Below are positions 1 to 9,014 of a stretch of 64,000 nucleotides of DNA, one piece after another (the first letter of the stretch is position 1; the number at the start of each line of letters is the position of its first letter). Origin of the DNA: an uncultured archaeon. Its GTDB lineage: Archaea; Asgardarchaeota; Lokiarchaeia; Sigyniarchaeales; SOKP01. The stretch spans positions 48,246-112,245 of the forward strand of contig CAYLZE010000007.1 of the NCBI GenBank assembly GCA_964388035.1, written 5' to 3'. The position numbers and the translations under genes are program-made. The notes under the pieces are model-generated. The model saw nothing but the letters and a program-made list of their open reading frames with translations. It had not been told where the DNA came from and ran no database searches.

Positions 1-466
1 TCGAGCAAGTATGGGAGGTAGTCAGGCTGAAAGGAAAGCCATATTGGCGTAATATATTACAAACAGAGAGTTTGCCACAAAATGCATCGCGTCGATATTT
101 TCGAGACATTTTATCGACTTCATCTGACGAGGCTTGAACTAATATGGGAACATTGAGGTCCGCTATTTTTAAAGTATTTGCAATTCCTTTTTCATCTCCA
201 AAATTTGGAAGACATATTATAATCCCTGAAATTTTATCTCGATTTTTTTTAAATAATTCCCCGCATTTTTTCGCATCCTGGTAAGTTCTTACCACACCAG
301 AATCGGTTTCTGATTCGTCAATAATAATATACTTATAGTTCAATTCTTTCATTACTTCAAGAATTTCTTGTCTTCCCTCTGCAGCAAGATGAATGGGAAA
401 TGCATCTCTGTTACCCACGATAATACCAAACGTGAATTCAGATTTAGGTGGTTTTATAAACGACAT
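1..466 (-). CDS. L-fucose/L-arabinose isomerase family protein, N-terminal part (runs off the window start)
   Basis: Not in the ORF track. Manual translation from ATG at 466 gives MSFIKPPKSEFTFGIIVGNRDAFP...IICLPNFGDEKGIA...YRRDAFCGKLSVCNILRQYG, open to the edge; LPNFGDE and RRDxFCGK are typical of this family. Confidence 0.8.
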   Translation of the reverse strand, partial: MSFIKPPKSEFTFGIIVGNRDAFPIHLAAEGRQEILEVMKELNYKYIIIDESETDSGVVRTYQDAKKCGELFKKNRDKISGIIICLPNFGDEKGIANTLKIADLNVPILVQASSDEVDKMSRKYRRDAFCGKLSVCNILRQYGFPFSLTTSHTCS

Positions 467-987
467 GTTAAATACACTTCATTTTATCTATTTTTTAAAT
501 ATGTATAAGAAAAAGTGTTTTTTTTCTTTTATGCTTTATAATAATTTGATGAATTTGTCGGTTAGTATAAAATGGAGGAAGGGTTGACTTTAAGACTATA
601 ATCATACCTTTTTTTCTAAATTTAGCCACATTTTAATTTATGGGGAAAGTATTTTTAGTTGCTTTTCCGTTTAGATTCCTTTTTAAATACTAACTATTAT
701 TGATATTATAAGAAAAACAAAAGTCGTTCAGATTGCTATATTAACCATGCCAGTTCATAATACCATTCTTTACGTTCATTATGAAAATCAAAAATTACTA
801 AAAGTTTTATTTATCCAAATTTTATTTCACATAGGTTTTTTATTAATAATATGGGTTTGTAGTTTCAAAATTGAAGTGGTAATTTCTTTTTACTTCGTTA
901 AAATTAGTCACCTAATCTTCATTTTATTAGGTAGGTATAGGCAAGGAATGGAGACGTTAGAATCAAAGATAAATAAGTGATGATTTC

Positions 988-1701
988 GTGGAAATAATAC
1001 CCGCTATTGATATTAGTGAAGGCAAATGCGTGAGATTATACAAAGGGAAAAAAGGCACGGAAGTCGTGTATTATAAAAATCCCGTGGATGCACTTCAGTT
1101 CTGGATAGATGCAGGGGCAATTAGATTACACGTGGTTGATTTAGATGGAGCATGGGGTTCCGATCAAAATAAAAATTTGCTGAAAAAAATGATTAATCAA
1201 GCAACAGACAAGGTTAAACTTCAAATTGGCGGAGGAATAAGGAGTGTAAAAGCGGCAAAGGAAATAGTACAGTTAGGTGCAGATAGGGTAGTAATTGGTA
1301 CTCTTGCGGTTAAAAATCCACAAGCAATAGAAGAGTTAGCTAATAATATGGGTTCTGAACGATTAGTAATTGCCTTAGATTATAAATTTGGAAAAGTATC
1401 CACTCATGGCTGGACAGAACAAACCAATTTAGACCCCTTTATTTATGGAAAGTTAATGGAGGAAAAGGGAGCGGGATATATTCTTTTTTCATCCGTCGAA
1501 TCGGATGGAGCGTTCACTGGCCCAGATCTGCAAAATGTAGAAAAGATGGTTAAATCCGTAGGTATTCCCGTTTATGCTGCCGGAGGAGTCAGAAATGAAC
1601 AAGACATTCTTGATCTTGAAAAAATTGGTGTTCATGGCGTAGTTGTTGGGAAAGCTTTTTATGAAAATAAACTATCTTGCTCTATAATCCGTAAATTCTA
1701 A
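988..1701 (+). CDS. hisA: ProFAR isomerase (histidine biosynthesis HisA)
   Basis: IIPAIDI.EGKCVRL, LHVVDLDGA, QIGGGIRS, GWTE, DG..TGPD, AAGGVR motifs; GTG start. Confidence 0.95.
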   Translation: MEIIPAIDISEGKCVRLYKGKKGTEVVYYKNPVDALQFWIDAGAIRLHVVDLDGAWGSDQNKNLLKKMINQATDKVKLQIGGGIRSVKAAKEIVQLGADRVVIGTLAVKNPQAIEELANNMGSERLVIALDYKFGKVSTHGWTEQTNLDPFIYGKLMEEKGAGYILFSSVESDGAFTGPDLQNVEKMVKSVGIPVYAAGGVRNEQDILDLEKIGVHGVVVGKAFYENKLSCSIIRKF

Positions 1702-1775
1702 ATAAATAAACACAATTTAATTATATAGACATTAAAAATAAAGAAAAATGTCCCAAGAATAAAAAGGAAACGACG

Positions 1776-2486
1776 ATGCAAGAATATTTTATTATTTTTT
1801 TACCAGCATTCTTGCTTGGCATTTTACACACTTTCATACCATGTGAAGATAAAACCATATTATTATTTTGGTCTTTAGGCATTTCAAAATCGGCAAGAAA
1901 AAGTTTATTTATATTAGCTCTTTATGGAATTGGTTTAATTATTGCAAATTTAACGATAGCTTTTGGTACCGTTTTAGTTAGTATCATCCCAAGAATAATC
2001 TTTCCCCAAGCCCTTTTCGATCCTTATTCTATAGTTTTTTTTGGTGCTTTATCTTCAACTTTTGTGGCAATTTTCATGCTGTTCTTCTTAACGCGAGTAG
2101 ATTACACCCCCCATTCCCATTCCAAAGAAATAAGACTAATACAAAATTTAAATTGGGATAAATATAGAACCCCTCTTTTCATGGGAATTCTTGCAGGTTT
2201 TCCACCTTGCATTTTCGAACTTTTTATATATTCCCAATGTTTAACTTTGAGTCTTAGTTATGGTTATGCTGAAGCAATACTCTCTGTTTTTTATTTTGCC
2301 TTAGGAACGGTTATTGGATTATTTCCCTTGGCTTTAGCGAAACAAAGCACGGAATATATTGTAAGGGAAAAGGCTACCAGAAGATCTAAGATTTTTATTC
2401 TGATGCTAATTCTTATTATTGTATTTAATACAATCATCATGATTCTAAGTTTCCTTAGAATCCGCATTTTTCCCCCGCCGATATAG
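1776..2486 (+). CDS. Membrane protein, NiCoT/RcnA/UreH-DsbD_2 (LysE superfamily)-like, possible metal transporter
   Basis: About 6 TM segments; GILHTFIPCEDK in TM1 and GFPPC in TM4, at the positions of the HAxxPGH and GxxPC motifs; HSH loop. Confidence 0.55.
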   Translation: MQEYFIIFLPAFLLGILHTFIPCEDKTILLFWSLGISKSARKSLFILALYGIGLIIANLTIAFGTVLVSIIPRIIFPQALFDPYSIVFFGALSSTFVAIFMLFFLTRVDYTPHSHSKEIRLIQNLNWDKYRTPLFMGILAGFPPCIFELFIYSQCLTLSLSYGYAEAILSVFYFALGTVIGLFPLALAKQSTEYIVREKATRRSKIFILMLILIIVFNTIIMILSFLRIRIFPPPI

Positions 2487-2781
2487 ATATTTATGACCTT
2501 TTTATTTTCAATAAAAAATAACGAATAAATTAATATTTCATTTAATATTTCCAGCATTTAAAGTTTTTAAATGTTATAGATAAATTTTCAATTGGTATTT
2601 ACTTATTATAATTAGGATTATCACAGTTATTAGTTGGATGAGATAGAGACCGATGTTTTAAAAAGTATTAATCTCGTTGATAATTCATTATAATAAATTT
2701 TAGAAAAAATTGGACTACTATAAAAATATTTAATATTCTTTTCTATTATAATTATAATAGAATAAAAGCATGAAAATTTGA

Positions 2782-5151
2782 TTGGAGGAAAAATCTATGC
2801 CCAAATGTTTATTCTGTGATTCTCAAAACATTGACTTTACGTGTGAGAAATGTGGATCTTCTTTTTGTATCAATCATAATGTGTCAACGGAACAATGGCA
2901 TTGTAAACGACATGATATATATTATTCCAAAGCAACTGCTACGGAAAATGGTTTTAAGTGTAATGTTGTGGAAGAAAGTAGATGTCCGGAATGCGGAGGC
3001 TCTTTAATGTTAGATAGACTCAAATCCGGACAATATTATCTAAAATGCACCAAATGCGATTGGAATTCTTATCTTAAAACACCAGGCTTGTTTTTCCCGA
3101 GCAAAGAACAACTTGCCCGTGAAGCCCAAAGATATGGGCTGATAAGAGGACTAAAATTGTGTGGGAAGAAATTAAGAAACGTGCCAGGGAAAGAAATCTG
3201 TCCTAATTGTTTTATTACCTTATTAAAAAGGTCTCCCATTACAAAATTTTCCACTCTAGCAGATACTTTTAATATCTCGAATCCACAAATAATAAAAGTT
3301 ATCAATAAATTCATGGATGAAGAACGGATTTATGGAATAATTGACGAAGTACATCACATGTTCTACTATATTTCCTCCGAGCTCCGTGAAAAAATCTTAA
3401 CTAAGTTTCATGAAGATGGAATCATGAAAGTCTCGGATTTATCTGAAATGTTAGATACTAATAACGATGCAGCCATTCAAGTAATTTACAAATTAATTAG
3501 CCGATTTCACATTAAAGGCTCCTTCTCCTTGGATAAAAAATATTATTATACTCAAAGTTATATTTTGGAGAATATTATTAAAAAAATCAAAGAGAAAGGA
3601 CGAGTCCCGGTTCAAGAATTATCTAGCGAGTTTGGATTACCGCAAGAAAGAATTAAATCTTTTTGCGTAAATCTAATGAGGACAAAAGAAATTAATGCCT
3701 TTTTTGCGGATAAAGGAAATGAAGTTATTACCACAAATCAAATTACGAAAGAAATCCTCAATTTTGCGGACCGAGAAGGACTATTTGAACTTTCACGATT
3801 AGCCAAAGATTTAAAAATTGCGGTGGAATTAGCCCGAAAAAGTCTTCATGATATCATTAAAACCGGCAATATCAAAGGGATTTTTACCCAAAGAAGAGAA
3901 TTCATGACACTTAAACACATGGAAAAAAAAATAAAGGAAATTGCAAAGGCTTATAGAACAATGCCCTTGAGAGAATTATCTAACCGATTGGGTGTCACTG
4001 AATCCAGTATTGAAGAAAATCTAGCGTTATTAATCAGCAGAAATGAAATTGATGGATATATCGATATGGCACAAAAAGTCTTTGTTGCCTATAGTGTTTC
4101 CTCACCAGAAACGGCACGAGCTAAGCAGCTAACCGTTGAACATGAAGATGAGGGTCATATAAAGGTATTAAGAGACTATGATTTCGTGGGAGGACAAGTG
4201 AGATTTAAGGTCGTTGTAAAAAATAATAGCAACATGGCTATTAACAATGTAAAAGTCATCTTGGATGCTCCCACTAGTTATAAAATAAAAGATCCTCTCA
4301 TTAATATTCCCGTAATTGAATCGGGAAATTCACGAGGAGTAGATTTCTATATTGAGCCAAAAGAATGCGGAATGTCAAATATCTCGGGAACGGTGATCTA
4401 TAAAAATGCGAAAGGAGATCAACGAACAATTCATATTCGAAATAAAGAAGTTCAAATCAAGTGTCCATTAGTGTGTACGGATTTATCAACCATCGAAGAT
4501 TGCCAATTAGCAATACAAACCTTGCCAAATGATGCAAGAGCATTCTTAATTGCCGATTTGGATCCTCGCTTGGCGTTTAGAGCGGGAATCAGAGCCTTAA
4601 AGACTTTTGAAACGAACATGGTCACCTCCTATGAAGGAGGAAATGCACAAAAAGAATATGAGGCGGAAGCCTGGTTTTGCGCTGAAGCAAAGGTTACTGG
4701 AGGACGTATCATCACAAGAGTGTACGTATCTGCCGCAAGTGAATCATTGGAAATGAGAGTATGGTGCAATAACCCCGGACAGTTAACCGGTTTTTTAGCT
4801 AAAGCAATTGAAGTACTTTTCGAGGAAATTAACATCATTAGAAAAATTAAAAGCGAAGAAAGAGAAAAAACCTTAGATGTAATGGCAATAACTCAAAACC
4901 TTGCAGAAATCAGCGATTATTGCATGCTTCGCTGGAAAGCACAAAATATTCGCACTAAACTACATGATACTTTTGTACGACTTCAGAAAGTGATAGGCGA
5001 AAATGAAGCTATTTTCGGAAGATTTGAATTTTGGCTGACCCGTTTGAATGCTTATGAAAAGGATGATAATATCTCGGATGAAGACGCTGATAAACTTGTC
5101 AATGATGTGGAAAAATTCAAGGATCTCCTCGCACGTACTATAAAAATATAA
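2782..5151 (+). CDS. Multidomain protein: Zn fingers + five tandem winged-helix/PCI repeats + Ig-like (GAE) and platform appendage-like domains + helical tail
   Basis: N-terminal CxxC/CxxH clusters; five ~60-aa repeats ending in a canonical PCI-like LRELSNRLGVTESSIEENLALLISRNEIDGYID; beta-sandwich VRFKVVVKNNS...VDFYIEP...GTVIYKN. Start may be the ATG at 2797. Confidence 0.65.
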   Translation: MEEKSMPKCLFCDSQNIDFTCEKCGSSFCINHNVSTEQWHCKRHDIYYSKATATENGFKCNVVEESRCPECGGSLMLDRLKSGQYYLKCTKCDWNSYLKTPGLFFPSKEQLAREAQRYGLIRGLKLCGKKLRNVPGKEICPNCFITLLKRSPITKFSTLADTFNISNPQIIKVINKFMDEERIYGIIDEVHHMFYYISSELREKILTKFHEDGIMKVSDLSEMLDTNNDAAIQVIYKLISRFHIKGSFSLDKKYYYTQSYILENIIKKIKEKGRVPVQELSSEFGLPQERIKSFCVNLMRTKEINAFFADKGNEVITTNQITKEILNFADREGLFELSRLAKDLKIAVELARKSLHDIIKTGNIKGIFTQRREFMTLKHMEKKIKEIAKAYRTMPLRELSNRLGVTESSIEENLALLISRNEIDGYIDMAQKVFVAYSVSSPETARAKQLTVEHEDEGHIKVLRDYDFVGGQVRFKVVVKNNSNMAINNVKVILDAPTSYKIKDPLINIPVIESGNSRGVDFYIEPKECGMSNISGTVIYKNAKGDQRTIHIRNKEVQIKCPLVCTDLSTIEDCQLAIQTLPNDARAFLIADLDPRLAFRAGIRALKTFETNMVTSYEGGNAQKEYEAEAWFCAEAKVTGGRIITRVYVSAASESLEMRVWCNNPGQLTGFLAKAIEVLFEEINIIRKIKSEEREKTLDVMAITQNLAEISDYCMLRWKAQNIRTKLHDTFVRLQKVIGENEAIFGRFEFWLTRLNAYEKDDNISDEDADKLVNDVEKFKDLLARTIKI

Positions 5152-5517
5152 TTTATTTCAATATCTTTTGTTTTACCTTTTTTAAAAAAATACTTGTAGT
5201 GTAAGAATTGTCCTGTTTTTCTTACTTAAGGATTACTTAGCAATTTAGTCTTAAAAAGATTAAGATCGATAATTGGACCATTCAAGATGTTTACAATGGA
5301 AAATTAAATATGTTACTTATAAGGGATTTTAGTAAAAATATGGCTTAATTTCCCTTCAAAAACATGAATGTAAAAATATTTTAAAAAAAATCAATTGAGT
5401 TATATAGAGAACATATATATAAGCATCATGATTAATTAACTAGTAATAGAAAAAAATTATTATTGAATTAGTGTAAATTTAATAATAAATTAAAATTATA
5501 AAAAAGTCGGAATACTT

Positions 5518-5937
5518 ATGCCCATTATCAGTATCAGCCTTAATAAAAGTCTGGAAAAATTTATTAATAAATTAGTTTGCGACGACCAGTATCAAAATAA
5601 ATCAAAAATAGTTCGAGATGCCTTGTTAAGGTTGATGTCCACCATGGACGTTTCCGATTCGATTGCGGAAGGATATGGCGAACTGGTCCCTATATCTAAA
5701 AACATCATGGGGAACATGATCATCATCGTTGAAAATGATGTTGAAATTCATAAAAAGTTAAATAAAATCGAGTTGGACTTCAAAGATCAAATTGTAAGTA
5801 AAACTCAGAATTTTTCTCCAAAAGAGAGCTTAATTTTCATAACATATGAAGGAACAGTAAAAGATTTCCAAAGAATGGTCGTGGAGATCAATAGCATAAA
5901 AGAATTAAAGAACTTTCGTTATTTAATTGTAAATTAA
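5518..5937 (+). CDS. NikR/CopG-family ribbon-helix-helix transcriptional regulator
   Basis: MPIISISL...Y.NKSKIVRDAL RHH motif followed by an ACT-like C-terminal domain. Confidence 0.8.
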   Translation: MPIISISLNKSLEKFINKLVCDDQYQNKSKIVRDALLRLMSTMDVSDSIAEGYGELVPISKNIMGNMIIIVENDVEIHKKLNKIELDFKDQIVSKTQNFSPKESLIFITYEGTVKDFQRMVVEINSIKELKNFRYLIVN

Positions 5938-6103
5938 ATTTAATTGCTTTAAGATTAAATCTAACCTACTTTTTCTTGTTCACCCCATTTTTATTTAATT
6001 AAAGTTAGGACGTAAATAAAATTGATATCTAGTTTTTATTTCTTTCTTTCACGTTAGTTTAACTTTCAAAGTTTATTTGACATTCATTGTTAATTTTATT
6101 ATC

Positions 6104-6463
6104 ATGGGAAAAAATAAATATGGAAAGGGATACCAAGATAAGAAAAGTACCTCAGAAAGTTCCGGTAAAAGTGGAGGTGCACCCATTAAAGGAGGAAAAA
6201 TAAAAGCGTCTCATATTCTCGTGGATAAGTTGAGCCAAGCGCAAGATATACATGAACAACTTCTTTCGGGAGCAGACTTTGCAGACCTTGCAAAAAAATA
6301 TTCTACTTGTTCAAGTAGAAAGAAAGGTGGAGATTTAGGAGCATTTCCTAAAGGAACCATGGTACCCGAATTTTGGGATGCTTGCGTGAAACTGAACATT
6401 AACCAAATTTCCACTCCCGTGAAATCCAGGTTTGGATATCACATCATTAAACGTACGGGATGA
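6104..6463 (+). CDS. Parvulin-type peptidyl-prolyl cis-trans isomerase
   Basis: KASHILV, FADLAKKYSTCSS..KGGDLG.F..G.MVPEF, PVKSRFGYHII. ATG at 6104 preferred over the TTG at 6077. Confidence 0.93.
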   Translation: MGKNKYGKGYQDKKSTSESSGKSGGAPIKGGKIKASHILVDKLSQAQDIHEQLLSGADFADLAKKYSTCSSRKKGGDLGAFPKGTMVPEFWDACVKLNINQISTPVKSRFGYHIIKRTG

Positions 6464-6489
6464 TTTCTTTAATTCTTATAGCATTAAAA

Positions 6490-6594
6490 TAGTCCCGCCC
6501 GGATTTGAACCGGGGTCTCGGGATTTCTCCACGTCCGAACGGCTAATAAGAACATTTCAGAGTCCCAAATGCTTGGCCGCTACACCACGGGACT
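6490..6594 (-). tRNA. tRNA-Gln(CTG) with a 32-nt intron at 37/38 (intron 6525-6556)
   Basis: Acceptor AGTCCCG/CGGGACT, discriminator A, T-arm CCCGG-TTCAAAT-CCGGG. Canonical BHB: CTCT/GGAG central helix, ATGTTC/GGACGT intron helix. Mature length 73 nt. Confidence 0.95.
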
Positions 6595-7273
6595 TGAGTA
6601 TTTATTTAAGCAATAAAGTAATAAGGAATTACTCGAATTATTGAAGTCAAATTCATAGATAAAAATACTTTAAATTGTATAATTTAACGAAATATTAATT
6701 TTTTGTTATTTTTTTTCTTTACTCGTCCTCGAAAAATATTATTATAATGCCAAATAATGAGAAAGTGAACCTACATGTCTAAAAATTAAGAAAACTCTAA
6801 ATTCACTAGAGATAATTGTTTTATGTCCTTTGATCTTTGCTGAATAAAAAAAGAGACCTTTCGATATGGTTTTAAGCCCAATTATAATTATTATTAACCT
6901 ATTAATATGCTTCAATAGTTAGAATTAGTTAAGGCGTAAAAAAAAGATCCCATATGTATCCCCTCGTTTTAAGGAGCAAAATAGTTAAATTATCCATGTA
7001 TGGGTAGCCAATTCAATCATTAAAATCTCAATTGTTTGAAATCCCTTTGCTACAGCTAATGGAACTCGAAAGAAAATTTGAATACTTCAATTATATTGGT
7101 CTTCTCGAAAACATAGAATCTTGAAAATAGAAATGCAAATGGAAATTTCATTTTAATAGTGGTCTTAAATTCAGATGAATGATTTCTTAGAACATAAGTT
7201 TTTTTCGAATATTTTTGATAATTTATATATATTAAAGATAGATTTATTAACGTTTATATCTATTTTATTACTA

Positions 7274-7430
7274 GGATTACACATTCATGGAGAATCGAAA
7301 AAGAGAGATTCAGTTTTAAAAACTTATTTTTTAACCCTTTTTTAGGAAAAAAAACCCCGTGACTTACTTAAAAAGACTGAAAAAAAAACCCTAAAAACTG
7401 GATAATCTTTAAAATTCTCCAGTGTAATCC
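7274..7430. other. Nested inverted-repeat element (long interrupted hairpin), candidate structured ncRNA or MITE
   Basis: GGATTACAC(7274-82)/GTGTAATCC(7422-30), TGGAGAAT(7288-95)/ATTCTCCA(7414-21), AGAGATT/AATCTTT and CAGTTTT/AAAACTG pair in nested order within a 1.1-kb ORF-free gap. Confidence 0.5.
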
Positions 7431-7672
7431 GCTTTAATAATTATTTAAATTCTATTATTTAAAATTGATGTAATATACAAACATGTATGATATTTGATCT
7501 GAAGCATGTTATTCCTTTTACCCATTGAAATTATTTATAATTAGGTTATGTAGAGTATTGTTCTTTTTCTAGGTGTTAAGCAATGCTATAGTGAATCAGA
7601 ATAAAGATTTATCCCTGCCCAAGCACAAATTAGAATTTTTTGAATTCAAATGCAAGGTAAAAAAATTGCAGT

Positions 7673-8905
7673 TTAATCTAAACTTTTCGTTATAGATTTA
7701 TAGACATGTTTAAAATATTTATCACTCATCCCCGACACGTAATCTCGAACAATGAGAGGCAAGTTTCCTTCTTTTCGAAGCGGCTCGTAATATGTTGAAT
7801 ATTTTTCATCATCAATATACTCTATGTGATCCTTGAAAATAGGAGCTTCATAATTTTGTTCTATCAAATCCTTGAGACTAGTATCAAAAATAAGTTCAAA
7901 TTTTTTTTTCAATTCTTCTAAATAAGTTTGATTCGAGTTTTCTTGTTTCACGAAAAGATCTCTCCTGAGATATACATTTTCGTGATTAAAAATTTTTAGT
8001 TCTCTTAAAGCTTCAAAGATTTGTTGAGAATAACCTATGGAGTCATTATCAAAGCTAAAAGTAAGGAGGTCCATGATTAAAGTATTCATGATACTGCGAT
8101 TCGTGTCCCCCAAAATTTCCCGACATCTATTAGGAATATCCTCTCGTTTTATAAAATTTAATAGAATAGCATCTTCCAGATCCCTTCCAATATATGAAAT
8201 GGTATCTGCAAATCGGACTGCAATCCCTTCATAAGACATCGGAATTCTTTTAATTTTATGGTCTCCGAAACAATCTTCATATTCCTTCTCATGATCGTTC
8301 CATGTTTTTCCATTAATTTTAGTGGGTTTTAATTTCTGCTCATTAATTTCTCCATCATGACATAAGATGCCATCCAGAACTTGTAGAGTCAAGTTCAATC
8401 CTTTTGCGGGTTGCTTGGGAAAGCGCCTTTCTAAATAGGATAGCCATCTAACGCTTTGGGCATTATGGCTGAAACTTTTCATGCCATTTTTCCTGCTAAT
8501 TTCATCCAAAATTCTCTCTCCTAAATGTCCAAAAGGACTATGTCCAACATCATGCCCTAAAGCAATGGCCTCAATTAAATCATTATTTAATTTTAATACT
8601 CTACCAATTTGCCTAGAAATTCTTGAAACGAGAATCACATGTAAAGACCGATGGGTAATATTGGCATTGTTAATTTCAAAAAATACTTGAGTTTTATCAA
8701 TATATCTCGCATAGGCTTTGCTATGGACGATTCTATCTACATCTCTAAAAAAAGGGGGCCTAATATCTTTATAGCCTCTTTCCTCTTCATCTTCTTCATA
8801 TAATCGGGAGGCTTGAGAATCTAAAATGCCATGTGGAGCAATATCAGAATCTTTTCTTAATCGAACACGCAATTGTTCAATCATTTTTTGATCCATATTT
8901 AGCAC
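7673..8905 (-). CDS. HD-domain dNTP triphosphohydrolase (dGTPase-like)
   Basis: RPPFFRDVDRIVHS.AY.RY.DKTQVF, HRSLH, ALGHDVGHSPFGH.GE, HNAQS, ADTISY..RDLED, DYVSGMSD. Confidence 0.92.
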   Translation of the reverse strand: MLNMDQKMIEQLRVRLRKDSDIAPHGILDSQASRLYEEDEEERGYKDIRPPFFRDVDRIVHSKAYARYIDKTQVFFEINNANITHRSLHVILVSRISRQIGRVLKLNNDLIEAIALGHDVGHSPFGHLGERILDEISRKNGMKSFSHNAQSVRWLSYLERRFPKQPAKGLNLTLQVLDGILCHDGEINEQKLKPTKINGKTWNDHEKEYEDCFGDHKIKRIPMSYEGIAVRFADTISYIGRDLEDAILLNFIKREDIPNRCREILGDTNRSIMNTLIMDLLTFSFDNDSIGYSQQIFEALRELKIFNHENVYLRRDLFVKQENSNQTYLEELKKKFELIFDTSLKDLIEQNYEAPIFKDHIEYIDDEKYSTYYEPLRKEGNLPLIVRDYVSGMSDKYFKHVYKSITKSLD

Positions 8906-9014
8906 CTTGGATGGAAATTACTTATATTTATACTTTACCTTGGATTTTGGGATTGAATTAAATTCAAGGTCACATGGCTTGTGTAATATTAAAGAATAAA
9001 AGATATTCATAAAA

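Noticed and set aside
393-980. ORF-track calls 393-587 and 747-980
   Set aside because: The first overlaps the real minus-strand isomerase start; both have AT-rich intergenic composition and no motifs.
6432-6644. 70-aa ORF containing VPPGFEPGS
   Set aside because: It is the antisense reading of tRNA-Gln.
6595-7672. Possible replication origin or integrated element next to the tRNA
   Set aside because: No cdc6/orc1 or integrase nearby, no repeated ORB with G-string, and no duplicated tRNA 3' end found.
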